Origin: Patescibacteria group bacterium
GTDB taxonomy: Bacteria > Patescibacteriota > Patescibacteriia > JAHJFT01
Assembly (NCBI GenBank): GCA_028710985.1
Contig: JAQTTB010000001.1
Location: 523,014-587,013 of the forward strand
Length of the DNA: 64,000 nt
Reading direction: 5' to 3'
Under the pieces are notes generated by a model. That model ran no database searches. It worked only from the letters and a program-made list of their open reading frames with translations, and was not told the DNA's origin. Position numbers and translations under genes: made by a program. Of the stretch, positions 46,337 through 56,095 are shown one piece after another (the stretch's first letter is position 1; the number at the start of each line of letters is the position of its first letter).

Positions 46337-48574
46337 TTATTCGCTGAATCCGAAATTCCAGACGCCGTTGTCGGCCAGCACCCAGATTTGGCGTGCCGTG
46401 CGATCGATGTAAAAACTTTTTATATTCTGCAGGTCGTTCAGGAGGTATTGAGTTTTGAGTTTACCGTCCTTGGCCAGTACTACAACACGTTTTCCGGCCG
46501 GGTCAAGAATAAATATATTGTCCGTACCCTCGGTCGTCCAAATTTGCGTCGCGCCCGTCAGCGCGGGATCAATGGTCGTAGCCGACCAGGATTGTTTTTC
46601 ACCGGTATAGAATTTATAAATTTCACCATTTGATTTCAGGGCGTAAATCGAGCCGTCAATCGTAATGGCGACTGCGTCCGAAAGATTGACATTCGCAGTT
46701 TTAATCCAGGCCGCGCCGGCCGCGAGCCCGGAATCGGGCGAGCGGTGCTGCTTAAATATTTGGTTCGCCGTGGTGTCCAAGACATAAATATTTGAATTCC
46801 AGCCGGCCGCGTCAATAAAGCTCTTTTGTTCGGCCGCGGCGGCGAGGGGAACGTCCCTCCACGAAAGTCCGGCCACGTCAATTTCCGAAGCCCCTGGGCG
46901 CTGGTCGAAAACCAAATATGAATTATCGCCGGATTTGTAAATCGCGGTAATGCTTTGTATATCCGCATTTTCCCAGTCAACTTCCTGCCAGGCATTCGCG
47001 TCGTCGCGCCAGACATAAAGTTCTTTTGCCCCGGAAAGAATCAAAGTTTTATCGGCGTTTCGCAGGAGATAACGAAAGTTAATCGTCTGGCCTTCGGCGC
47101 TGAGCGGCATGTCGGCGACTTTCTCTAAATCGTTTGGAATGACTTCATGGCGGAGCTCTTGGCGTAAAATATCAATTTGGGCGAGAAGTCCCTGTTTGAT
47201 TTCGCGCTGATCGCGCTTTGCTTCCGGTAGCGACTGGATTGCGGATAGCGCTTGGCTCACAAGCTCACGCGTGCGTTCCTCGTCGCCGTAGATCAGGGTA
47301 CTCTCGGCCTCGTCTTTTATTTGAGTGATCTCAATCACTTTATTATTATAAACCGCCTCGTCTTCGCGTGCATGTTTCCGATAGTTGAGATAAATCAGGC
47401 TCCATGCAAAAAGTAGCACCAGGATAAGGGCGATGATAAAAACCGATTTATTTTTCTTGCCGAGATGGCTGAACCAGCCGACCGAGCGGTCTCCGGTTTC
47501 CTGGGCATCGCTCTTATAGCTCGCGATGGTTTCGGCGCGTTTGCCGTGGAAGTTCGTAATGATAAAAAATAAGTTTTTGAAGAAGCGGCCGGTGATGCCG
47601 ATTGCGCGGAGCGTGATGGCACCGATCCAAATAAAGAATTTGGCAATGCTCCGGGGGAGTTCGCGCGGGGTTGGAGCGATTTTTTCCTCATATTTCGGGC
47701 CGCGTATTGGTATCAGTCGTGAAATTACCGCAGTGAGCCCAGCCCAAATCTTTGAGGCAAACCCAGTGCCGCCGCCTAAAAGATATCGGTCGGTTTCCGC
47801 GGTAGTCGCCTTAAGATGCTCAAGCGAACCTCGGAAATTCTTCGGTGCCGCCGCTTCGGTGCCGACCGGGATAAGTTCTTCATAATGCTGGATGATAATG
47901 GCCGTATATCCGCCGCGCAGACTGCCGTGCAAAAGTTCATTGCGCAGATATTCGACGGATTCGACCGGTTTTTTCGCGGTTACAATCGGCAACAGCCGTT
48001 CTTCGGGGAAGGCTTCGGCCAGTTCGGAGTTTGAGATTATTATGGCATCCCCGCTTTGGATGGAGCCGTACATTACATTTTCAAAAATTTTAACGGGATT
48101 AAAATTATCCGGATCGGATTGAACGTTCTTCGTAAGATCAAAAACGCGGTAACCTTTGCCATCCTGCTTCTGGAAAAACATCATTTTATTCTGGCCGATC
48201 GCGGAGAACGAAAGGTCCGTGCCGGAGCAAGCGGCGATTAAGATATTCAATTTCTTAAGATCCACCGGATTGGATTCTTTGGAGATAAAATCCGTGATAT
48301 TTTTATTGGTCGCCTGTAGGGATTTTTCAAACTCCGCGCCAAAGTCAATGCCATGCTCTTCCTGATAAAATTTTTCAATGCCGTCGATAAAGTTTTCGGT
48401 CAAACGTTCGTAGGCTGGATGGATGGAGTCGATTTTAATAATGCCAAAAATAGATCCGCCTTCATGCGCCGCACCCGGTGGAATTTCAAAATTAAAAACG
48501 CGGTTAATGCATTGGCGGTTCGTTGCGCTTTCTAGGAAAAGCTCGTTTATGAGTATCTCCGGCTTCTTTGACAT
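46337..48574 (-). CDS. large hypothetical membrane protein with C-terminal repeat (beta-propeller-like) domain
   Basis: 745 aa. Cytoplasmic N-domain, two TM helices mid-protein. The C-terminal half has recurring hydrophobic-Y/W-V-L-D type strands (IYVLD, IYALK, IFILD, IWVLAD). Confidence 0.75.
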   Translation of the reverse strand: MSKKPEILINELFLESATNRQCINRVFNFEIPPGAAHEGGSIFGIIKIDSIHPAYERLTENFIDGIEKFYQEEHGIDFGAEFEKSLQATNKNITDFISKESNPVDLKKLNILIAACSGTDLSFSAIGQNKMMFFQKQDGKGYRVFDLTKNVQSDPDNFNPVKIFENVMYGSIQSGDAIIISNSELAEAFPEERLLPIVTAKKPVESVEYLRNELLHGSLRGGYTAIIIQHYEELIPVGTEAAAPKNFRGSLEHLKATTAETDRYLLGGGTGFASKIWAGLTAVISRLIPIRGPKYEEKIAPTPRELPRSIAKFFIWIGAITLRAIGITGRFFKNLFFIITNFHGKRAETIASYKSDAQETGDRSVGWFSHLGKKNKSVFIIALILVLLFAWSLIYLNYRKHAREDEAVYNNKVIEITQIKDEAESTLIYGDEERTRELVSQALSAIQSLPEAKRDQREIKQGLLAQIDILRQELRHEVIPNDLEKVADMPLSAEGQTINFRYLLRNADKTLILSGAKELYVWRDDANAWQEVDWENADIQSITAIYKSGDNSYLVFDQRPGASEIDVAGLSWRDVPLAAAAEQKSFIDAAGWNSNIYVLDTTANQIFKQHRSPDSGLAAGAAWIKTANVNLSDAVAITIDGSIYALKSNGEIYKFYTGEKQSWSATTIDPALTGATQIWTTEGTDNIFILDPAGKRVVVLAKDGKLKTQYLLNDLQNIKSFYIDRTARQIWVLADNGVWNFGFSE

Positions 48575-48638
48575 AGGGATTCGTGAGTATTATACTGTAT
48601 TATACAACAATGGTTATTTTTAGAAAAGGTCAACGAAT

Positions 48639-49232
48639 ATGCTTGAACAACTCTTTGGTTCACATACCCGGGCGCGCCTGCTAAATTTGTTTTTGCGCAA
48701 TTCGGACAAGTCTTTTTTTGTCCGCGAAATTACCCGGAAAATCCAGTCCCAGATCAATTCGGTACGGCGCGAATTGCGCAATCTGGAGGATGTCGGTTTG
48801 CTTACCTCCACCGAGATGCAGGATGCCGAAGGTAGGGCGCTCCCCAAAACCGCCAAGCGATTTTACCGCGTGAATAAAGATTTTGTTCTGTATCAGGAAT
48901 TGCAGGCCTTGATTTTAAAATCCCAACTCCTGCTCCAGCGTGATCTGCAAAGAAAAATTGATGAACTTGGCACGATCAGTTATTTGGCGCTCACCGGTTC
49001 ATTCCTCGGGCGCGAGGATATGCCGATTGACGTGTTTATTGTCGGACGAATCAGCGGTGAAAAGCTCGCCCGCCTCATCAAAAAGTTTGAAAAATCTTTG
49101 GGCGAAGAAATCAATTATACCGCCATGACGCTCAAAGAATTTAATTATCGCCGTCAACTCACGGATAAATTTCTTTTCTCCATACTCGAGGGTCCCAAGA
49201 TTGTTCTCATTGATAAACTGGAAGTTAGCTAA
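48639..49232 (+). CDS. winged-helix DNA-binding protein
   Basis: 197 aa. N-terminal wHTH (TRARLLNLFL...FFVREITRKIQSQINSVRRELRNLEDVGLL). Confidence 0.65.
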   Translation: MLEQLFGSHTRARLLNLFLRNSDKSFFVREITRKIQSQINSVRRELRNLEDVGLLTSTEMQDAEGRALPKTAKRFYRVNKDFVLYQELQALILKSQLLLQRDLQRKIDELGTISYLALTGSFLGREDMPIDVFIVGRISGEKLARLIKKFEKSLGEEINYTAMTLKEFNYRRQLTDKFLFSILEGPKIVLIDKLEVS

Positions 49233-49234
49233 AT

Positions 49235-49651
49235 ATGTTTCTTTTCATTGACATGACACCGGAAAAAGGGTTCGGGCTCGCGCTGGGGAAGCCCGAAGCG
49301 ACAGGACCTCTTTTTTTAATGCGCGAGGGCTTTGATGCACCGGCCGAGGACCTGCTCGGTATCATTGATAAATTTTTTAAAAAAAATAAAGTGCTTGTCG
49401 CGGAACTCGCCGGCATCGCGCTCGCTGGCGGCCGTTCGTTTACTCAAACGCGCACTGCTGCATCGGTTGCGAACACAATCGGATTTTTCATGGATATCCC
49501 GGTCGCGGTTATCACCGCACCGGACGTCACCGAGGGTGTGCGGGCGCTTCGCGGAAAATCGGGATTTGTCCCGGCCCGGCCGGTCTATTCGGCCAAACCG
49601 AATATTACCCGGCCAAAATCCCGCAAACTGAAAATAAAACATCGGCCATGA
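49235..49651 (+). CDS. tsaB: TsaB-like protein (short)
   Basis: 138 aa. GGRSFTQTRTAASVANTIG resembles the GPGSFTGLRIG..ANTLA motif of TsaB/YeaZ. Confidence 0.5.
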   Translation: MFLFIDMTPEKGFGLALGKPEATGPLFLMREGFDAPAEDLLGIIDKFFKKNKVLVAELAGIALAGGRSFTQTRTAASVANTIGFFMDIPVAVITAPDVTEGVRALRGKSGFVPARPVYSAKPNITRPKSRKLKIKHRP

Positions 49652-51126
49652 GCGAAAAAATCGAAAAAAAATTGCTGGAAATGTTTCCCGGCGCGCTCGT
49701 CTGGCTCACTTTGATCTTGGGCCTGATATTTTCCTTTACGCGTCCGCTTTGGGTTATATATTTCATTATTCTTTTTGATTTATTCTGGGTGCTTAGGCTT
49801 TTATATTTCATTTTTTATCTTCTTACCTCATGGAGGCGGTATCGCCGAGATATTAAAATTGACTGGGTCAGCCGGCTTGGTAATAAAGAATCCTGGGATA
49901 AATACTATCATTTTATTTTCTTGCCCACGTATGAAGAGCCGTTGGAGGTTTTGGAAAATACGTTTAGCGCCCTCTGCGAAGTAAATTATCCGCTTGATCG
50001 GTTTGTGGTTATTCTGGGCGGCGAGGCCCGCGAGCGCGAGAATTTTTTGGCGCGCGCGCGGATTATCCAGGAAAAATATGCCGCGAGATTCCACAAGATG
50101 ATTATTACAGTGCATGCGCTCGCGGACGATGAGGTGCCGGGCAAGGGATCGAATCTCAACTGCATGGGTCGCGAGGTTAAGAAGTTCATCGATGATAGCG
50201 GCCTGGCGTACGAGAATATCATCGTTTCGTCATTTGACGTTGATACCGTCACGCATCCGCAGTATTTTGCCTGCCTTACATATTTATATATGACCACGCC
50301 GGCTCCGACCCGTTCGTCATTTCAGCCGGTTGCGCTTTTTGGTAACAATATCTGGGAAGCGCGTTCAATCGTCCGCGTTTCGTCTTTCGGCACGACCTTC
50401 TGGCTCCTGGGCGAGCTTGCGCGGCCGGATCGGCTATGGACGTTCGCGTCGCACAGTATGAGTTTTAAAATGCTTGTGGATGTTGGTTTTTGGCAGAAGG
50501 ATATTGTCACCGAAGATTCGCGTATATTTCTGCAGGGACTCACCCAGTATCATGGCGATTATCGCGTGGTGCCGATTTTTTTGCCGGTTTCCATGGATGC
50601 GGTTTCCGGAGCTAGCTTCTGGGAGGCGCTTGCGAATCTTTATAAACAGCAGCGGCGTTGGGCATGGGGAGTTGAGCATCTGCCATATCTTTTTATGAAA
50701 TTCCGGCGCGACCGGCTCATGCCGCTTCGCACCAAGATTAAATTTCTCTGGAATCACATTGAGGGAATGTATACTTGGGCCGTGGCGCCAATTTTGATTT
50801 TTGTGCTTGGTTATTTGCCGCTCATTGTCGGCCGCGAGCAGGCCGCGACCAGCGCCCTGTTTCAGAACGCGCCGTACACCCTTGAGACCCTGATGCGCAT
50901 CGCTACGATCGGCGTTTTTGTTTCGGCGATTCTTAGCCTGGTCCTGCTTCCGCCACGACCCAAGTTTTATCCGCGCCACCGGTATTTAATCATGATTCTG
51001 CAGTGGGTTCTCCTTCCTATTACTATTACCCTGTTTGGTTCCCTACCAGCGATTGACGCGCAGACGCGACTCATGCTCGGCGGCCGCTTCCGCCTCGGAT
51101 TTAACGTTACTCAGAAAAAAAGATAA
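49648..51126 (+). CDS. membrane-embedded processive family-2 glycosyltransferase
   Basis: 492 aa. N-terminal TMs, GT2 core (LPTYEEP, SFDVD), QQRRWAWG (QxxRW) motif, C-terminal TMs. Confidence 0.85.
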   Translation: MSEKIEKKLLEMFPGALVWLTLILGLIFSFTRPLWVIYFIILFDLFWVLRLLYFIFYLLTSWRRYRRDIKIDWVSRLGNKESWDKYYHFIFLPTYEEPLEVLENTFSALCEVNYPLDRFVVILGGEARERENFLARARIIQEKYAARFHKMIITVHALADDEVPGKGSNLNCMGREVKKFIDDSGLAYENIIVSSFDVDTVTHPQYFACLTYLYMTTPAPTRSSFQPVALFGNNIWEARSIVRVSSFGTTFWLLGELARPDRLWTFASHSMSFKMLVDVGFWQKDIVTEDSRIFLQGLTQYHGDYRVVPIFLPVSMDAVSGASFWEALANLYKQQRRWAWGVEHLPYLFMKFRRDRLMPLRTKIKFLWNHIEGMYTWAVAPILIFVLGYLPLIVGREQAATSALFQNAPYTLETLMRIATIGVFVSAILSLVLLPPRPKFYPRHRYLIMILQWVLLPITITLFGSLPAIDAQTRLMLGGRFRLGFNVTQKKR

Positions 51127-51127
51127 T

Positions 51128-52225
51128 ATGGCTCGAATATCCATAAATATTGTCACCTGGAACGGCATGCGCTATCTTCCCGAGGCGCTTGAGTCGATTT
51201 CTAATCAGACATTCCAGGATATTGAAATAGTGATAATTGATAATGGTTCAACCGACGGCACGGTTGAATATATCCGCGATAATTTTACCGGAATTACGCT
51301 TCTACGGAATATGCGCAACCTCGGTTTCGCGCATGGCCACAATCAGGGAATCCGCTTGGTGCTGAACCGATGGCAGAATCAGGATTTGGAAAATAGTTTC
51401 ATTCTCGTTACTAATCAAGATATTATTTTGCGTAAGGATTTTTTGGAAAAAATGATTTCCGTCGCCGAGACGGCGCCGCGCGCGGCGAGTTTTGGCGGAA
51501 AGTTGTTTAAGGCGTTTTTTGCTACAGCTGAAGATAATATCGAAGACAGCATCAAGTCGGATACGCTCGATTCCACTGGCCTCCGGTGCTTTAGATCGCA
51601 CCGTTTCGTGGACAGGGGGGCTGGTGAGCGCGATCAGGGGCAGTATGATGCCGAGAGGGAGGTTTTCGGTGTATCCGGGGCGATTATGATGCTGCGCGCT
51701 TCGGCACTCGCGAGTGTGAGATATAAAGATGAGTTTTTTGATGAAAATTATTTTGCGTATAAAGAGGATGTCGATCTTGCCTGGCGTTTGCGCTTGGCGG
51801 GATGGGGGAGCCTGTATGTTCCCGAAGCGATCGCTCATCATTACCGCGGCGCCTACTCGGCCGAACGCGCCGGATGGATGGAGACCTGGCGCAGCCGTAA
51901 GAGCCGCTCGATGATTGTCAAATTAAATTCGTACGTCAATCATTACCTGACGATTATAAAAAACGCGCATATCCGCAATATCATCCTGCGCCTCCCGTGG
52001 ATTATTGCCTACGAGCTTAAAAAAAATATTTATTTATTTTTTCTTGAGCCTCGGGTTTTCTGGAAAGGGCTTTTTAAACTTTCCGTGAAGCTTCCGGACG
52101 CGCTCCGTAAGAGAAAATTCATCCTTTCCCGCGCCATGCCTACCGGCCCGCTTCGCCATAGCTTCAGCGAGGCGAGCAGGCAGGCCGCGGCGCGCCCGGC
52201 GGAGATAAGAAAATGGTTCAAGTAA
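51128..52225 (+). CDS. family-2 glycosyltransferase
   Basis: 365 aa from ATG 51128 (ISINIVTWNGMRYL...IIDNGSTDGT). The C-terminal 30 aa include an in-frame palindromic repeat. Confidence 0.88.
   Translation: MARISINIVTWNGMRYLPEALESISNQTFQDIEIVIIDNGSTDGTVEYIRDNFTGITLLRNMRNLGFAHGHNQGIRLVLNRWQNQDLENSFILVTNQDIILRKDFLEKMISVAETAPRAASFGGKLFKAFFATAEDNIEDSIKSDTLDSTGLRCFRSHRFVDRGAGERDQGQYDAEREVFGVSGAIMMLRASALASVRYKDEFFDENYFAYKEDVDLAWRLRLAGWGSLYVPEAIAHHYRGAYSAERAGWMETWRSRKSRSMIVKLNSYVNHYLTIIKNAHIRNIILRLPWIIAYELKKNIYLFFLEPRVFWKGLFKLSVKLPDALRKRKFILSRAMPTGPLRHSFSEASRQAAARPAEIRKWFK
52136..52184. repeat. ~48-nt palindromic element inserted in frame in the GT2 gene
   Basis: TGCCTACCGGCCCGCTTCGCCATAGCTTCAGCGAGGCGAGCAGGCAGG. 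Its reverse complement matches 59836..59885 with one internal mismatch. Translated as PTGPLRHSFSEASRQA. Confidence 0.85.
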
Positions 52226-52229
52226 AAAT

Positions 52230-53021
52230 ATGGACGTCAGTATAATCATCCTAAATTACAAAAGTTCCGGTTTGGCGCGCCAGTGCATTAAAAGCATTGT
52301 TGCAGCTGCGCCGAAACTTGAGTATGAAATTATTGTCGTTGATAACAATTCTCACGACGGCATTGGGAGAATGCTTCGCGAGCAGTTCCCGCAAGTAAAA
52401 TTTATTCAGTCCAGCCGCAACGCCGGCTTTGCCGCGGGCAATAACATCGGCCTGCGCGTCGCCACCGGACGCTATGCCATGATCGTGAATCCGGACATTA
52501 TTGTGAATCCCGGAACCCTGGAGGAAATGGTAAAAGAAATGGATGCCCATCCCGAAATCGGCTTGCTCGCGCCGCAGCTCCTAAATCCCGACAAAACAAT
52601 TCAGTATTCATGCTATCGTCTTCCGACATTCGGCATACCGTTTTATCGCCGCACGCCGCTCGGTCTCACACCTCGCGGTAAGCGCATGATCCGCTCGTAT
52701 CTTATGGCCGAATGGGACCATGCCGCTCCGCGCGAGATTGATTGGTGCGTCGCCGCCTGCATCATGGTTCGGCGAAGCGCCGTTGAGTGCGTTGGTTATT
52801 TTGACGAAAGATATTTTATGTATTTTGAAGACGCCGACTGGTGCCGTCGGTTTCATCAAGCCGGATTCAGGGTAGTATATTTTCCACGTGCAAAAATGTT
52901 TCATTATCACATCCGTCAGTCCGCTGATGTGCCGTGGTTCATGGGATTATTTCAAAAAATAAGCCGCATCCATATGGCAAGCGCGTTAAAATATTTCTGG
53001 AAGTGGAAGGGCAAGGAATAA
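52230..53021 (+). CDS. family-2 glycosyltransferase
   Basis: 263 aa. VSIIILNYKS...VVDNNSHDG and the DxD region YFEDADWC. Confidence 0.88.
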   Translation: MDVSIIILNYKSSGLARQCIKSIVAAAPKLEYEIIVVDNNSHDGIGRMLREQFPQVKFIQSSRNAGFAAGNNIGLRVATGRYAMIVNPDIIVNPGTLEEMVKEMDAHPEIGLLAPQLLNPDKTIQYSCYRLPTFGIPFYRRTPLGLTPRGKRMIRSYLMAEWDHAAPREIDWCVAACIMVRRSAVECVGYFDERYFMYFEDADWCRRFHQAGFRVVYFPRAKMFHYHIRQSADVPWFMGLFQKISRIHMASALKYFWKWKGKE

Positions 53022-53038
53022 ATATTTAAAATAAAAAA

Positions 53039-55078
53039 ATGTACGAGTATCCAACAAATTTTGTCGCGCAGGCTCCGAGTGAAGTTCGTAATGTCCGGGT
53101 CGGCCGGCCGAAGTGGCCGTATATCGGAGCGGTGCTTTTGATTATTATCGTTGTATTGGTAATCGCCGCCGTGCCCTACGCCCTGCTTGCCAACAATATT
53201 TACAACGAGGCTCTTGCCGGAAAGGCAAATTTAGAAGAAGCGCAGAATTACGCCGTGGCGCTTAAATTTGACGGCGCCCGCGAGCAGATCGACGACGCGG
53301 TTGGGCACTTTATATCGGCGCGCCGGAGCTTTATTCCGTTCAAAATTTTTATTTGGATGCCGTGGATCGGAAGGCAGATTAAAGCCGTGGACAGTCTTTT
53401 GGAAACCGGAGTTGAAACATCCGAAGCGGTCGGCGACCTTCTCGAGGTCGGTGAAGAAATTTATAAAGTTTTTGAATTGTCCGAAGAAATCAAGGCGGAC
53501 ATTAAGCCCGAAATATCCGGCGGCGTCCGGTTCATTGATCTTGACCGCGAAACAAAAAGAGAAATTTTGAAAAAATTATACGAGTCGGGTCCGCGCATCC
53601 AGGAAGCGCTCGTCCGCATCGACCTCGCCATATCGAGCTTCAGCCGTATTCCGCAGGACGATTTGGCCAAGCCGCTCCGCGACGCCATCGCGCCGTTTGC
53701 CGACAAGCTTCCGGAATTCAAGAAACAGCTGACGCTCGCCGTGCCGCTCGTAAAGATTCTGCCCGAACTCGCCGGTTATCCCGAACCGAAAAATTATCTT
53801 ATACTATTATCCAACAACGCCGAGCTCCGGCCGGCTGGCGGATTTCTTGGCACTTATGGAATATTTAAGGTCGCGGACGGTGAAATTCTGGACCTCTCGA
53901 CCCACGATGTGTACGCGCTTGACCGCCAGGCCGAATCTTTTTTGCGCGTGGATCCGCCGCCGCCGCTCGTGAAATATCTCAAGGTGAACAACTGGTATAT
54001 GCGCGACGCCAACTGGTCGCCGGATTTTGCTGCGTCGGCGCAGAAGGTTCTTTGGTTTTATTCCGAAGAGGCGCGCGGGGTTGCCACCCGCCGCGGTTCG
54101 CCGCTCCCCGAAGCGCCGCTTATAAATTTTAACGGCGTGATTTCCGTGAACCCGACCGTAGTTGCGGACATTCTTTCTATCATCGGCCCGATTACGATTG
54201 AAAATCAAACATTTAATTCTGAGAATTTTATTGATTCGCTCGAGTATCAGGTTGAAGTTGCTTTTCTTTCCGACGGCACCCCGCGCAGTCAGCGAAAAGA
54301 AATTATTAGCCTGCTTTCGGCGGAGATAATTGATAAATTATTTTCACTCCCGGCTGTGAAATGGATAGATGTTCTACGCGAGGCAGAACGTGGGCTGGAA
54401 GAGCGGGAAATTATTGTTTATGAAAACGACCCCGATATTCAGGAATCGCTTGAATTCCAAAATTGGGCCGGACGCGTCCGGTCGACTGACGGAGATTTCC
54501 TGAAAGTCGTTGACGCCAATCTCGCGAGTCTTAAAACCGATCCGTACGTTGAGCGTCAAATCAAATACGAATCTTGGTTTGAGGAGGACGGCGCTCTCAT
54601 GGCCCGGGTGAATATTCATTATAAAAACACAGCCGGCTTCAGCTGGAAGACGACGCGTTATCGCACTTATACCCGCGTCTACGCGCCCGAGGGAAGTGAG
54701 TTGGTTTCCGTTACCGGCAGTCTCAGGGATGATAAACTCGCCAATCCCGGTCTTGAGCCCGGCACGCCGGACGAATATAACGAGCTCGGCAAAACGGTTT
54801 TTGGCGCCTTCACCGCCATTGAGCCCGGAGCCCAGGGCGATCTTGTCTTCACCTACAAACTGCCCGAGTCGGTCAGCGCAATGATAAAGAACGGAGATTA
54901 TAATCTTTACGTTGAAAAACAGGCCGGAGCGGTGGCTTATGGCTTGACTTTGTCCCTGAATTTTGATAAAAACTTAAAGCAAGCCGAACCGGCAGAGCTT
55001 GAATCGCACTGGGGAGACCGGAGTTATAATCTTGAGACCGACCTTAGGGTCGATCGCACCGTCAATATAAAATTCTAA
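53039..55078 (+). CDS. DUF4012 domain protein
   Basis: 679 aa. N-terminal TM and the hallmark LLSNNAELRPAGGFLGTYG. Confidence 0.82.
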   Translation: MYEYPTNFVAQAPSEVRNVRVGRPKWPYIGAVLLIIIVVLVIAAVPYALLANNIYNEALAGKANLEEAQNYAVALKFDGAREQIDDAVGHFISARRSFIPFKIFIWMPWIGRQIKAVDSLLETGVETSEAVGDLLEVGEEIYKVFELSEEIKADIKPEISGGVRFIDLDRETKREILKKLYESGPRIQEALVRIDLAISSFSRIPQDDLAKPLRDAIAPFADKLPEFKKQLTLAVPLVKILPELAGYPEPKNYLILLSNNAELRPAGGFLGTYGIFKVADGEILDLSTHDVYALDRQAESFLRVDPPPPLVKYLKVNNWYMRDANWSPDFAASAQKVLWFYSEEARGVATRRGSPLPEAPLINFNGVISVNPTVVADILSIIGPITIENQTFNSENFIDSLEYQVEVAFLSDGTPRSQRKEIISLLSAEIIDKLFSLPAVKWIDVLREAERGLEEREIIVYENDPDIQESLEFQNWAGRVRSTDGDFLKVVDANLASLKTDPYVERQIKYESWFEEDGALMARVNIHYKNTAGFSWKTTRYRTYTRVYAPEGSELVSVTGSLRDDKLANPGLEPGTPDEYNELGKTVFGAFTAIEPGAQGDLVFTYKLPESVSAMIKNGDYNLYVEKQAGAVAYGLTLSLNFDKNLKQAEPAELESHWGDRSYNLETDLRVDRTVNIKF

Positions 55079-55081
55079 ATT

Positions 55082-56086
55082 ATGTGGGTTAAAAAAATCG
55101 GCATTGATCTCGGAACAGCAACCGTGCTTGTCTACGTTCCAAAACGCGGCATCATTTTGAATGAGCCGTCGGTTGTTGCGATTTCCACGATTGATAAAAA
55201 AGTTCTGGCCGTGGGTCGCGAAGCGAAAGACATGCTCGGCCGCACGCCGGATTCAATCATTGCGCGCCGTCCCTTGAAAGACGGCGTAATTGCCGATTAT
55301 CGCACTACCGAAGCGATGCTTAAATATTTCATTAACAAGGCGCTGGGTGGCATGCGTCTTTTTCGTCCCGAGGTTATGGTCGCGGTTCCGGGCGGCATTA
55401 CCTCAACCGAGCGCCGCGCCGTGATTGACGCGGCCATCGCCGCCGGCGCCAAAGCGGCCTACATCATCAAAGAACCGATTGTCGCGGCCATCGGCGCCGA
55501 TATTCCGATTGGCAGCGCGTCCGGCCACATGGTTGTTGACATCGGCGGCGGCACCGCCGAGATTGCCGTAATCTCTTTGGGCGGAATCGTGGCTTCTGAA
55601 TCGGTGCGCATCGGCGGCACGAAGTTCGATCTCGCCATCATGGAGCACGTACGCCGCAAATACGGTCTCGCCATCGGCGAGCGCACGGCCGAAGAAGTAA
55701 AAATCAATATTGGCTCGGCCATGTATATGGAAAATAAATTGACCATGGAAGTAAAAGGCCGCGACATGATGACCGGATTGCCGCGCATCATCACCATCAC
55801 TTCGGACGATATTACCGATGCGATTCAAAATGAACTTGACGGTATCATTGACGCCATCAAAGACGTTTTGCAAAAAACCCCGCCCGAACTTTCGGCCGAT
55901 GTCATGGACAAGGGCATGATTTTGACCGGCGGTTCAGCCCTGCTTCGCAATCTTGGCCAACTTTTCCGCGAAGCAACCGGCGTGTCCGCCTACGTAGCGG
56001 ATGAGCCCCAGCTCTGCGTGGCAAAGGGCACCGGCATCGCGCTTGAAAATCTTGAATCCTACAAGCGTTCTATTTTTTCCGGATAA
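55082..56086 (+). CDS. mreB: rod shape-determining protein MreB
   Basis: 334 aa. Actin-fold motifs IGIDLGTATVLVYV and VVDIGGGTAEIAV. Confidence 0.95.
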   Translation: MWVKKIGIDLGTATVLVYVPKRGIILNEPSVVAISTIDKKVLAVGREAKDMLGRTPDSIIARRPLKDGVIADYRTTEAMLKYFINKALGGMRLFRPEVMVAVPGGITSTERRAVIDAAIAAGAKAAYIIKEPIVAAIGADIPIGSASGHMVVDIGGGTAEIAVISLGGIVASESVRIGGTKFDLAIMEHVRRKYGLAIGERTAEEVKINIGSAMYMENKLTMEVKGRDMMTGLPRIITITSDDITDAIQNELDGIIDAIKDVLQKTPPELSADVMDKGMILTGGSALLRNLGQLFREATGVSAYVADEPQLCVAKGTGIALENLESYKRSIFSG

Positions 56087-56095
56087 AAATTTATT

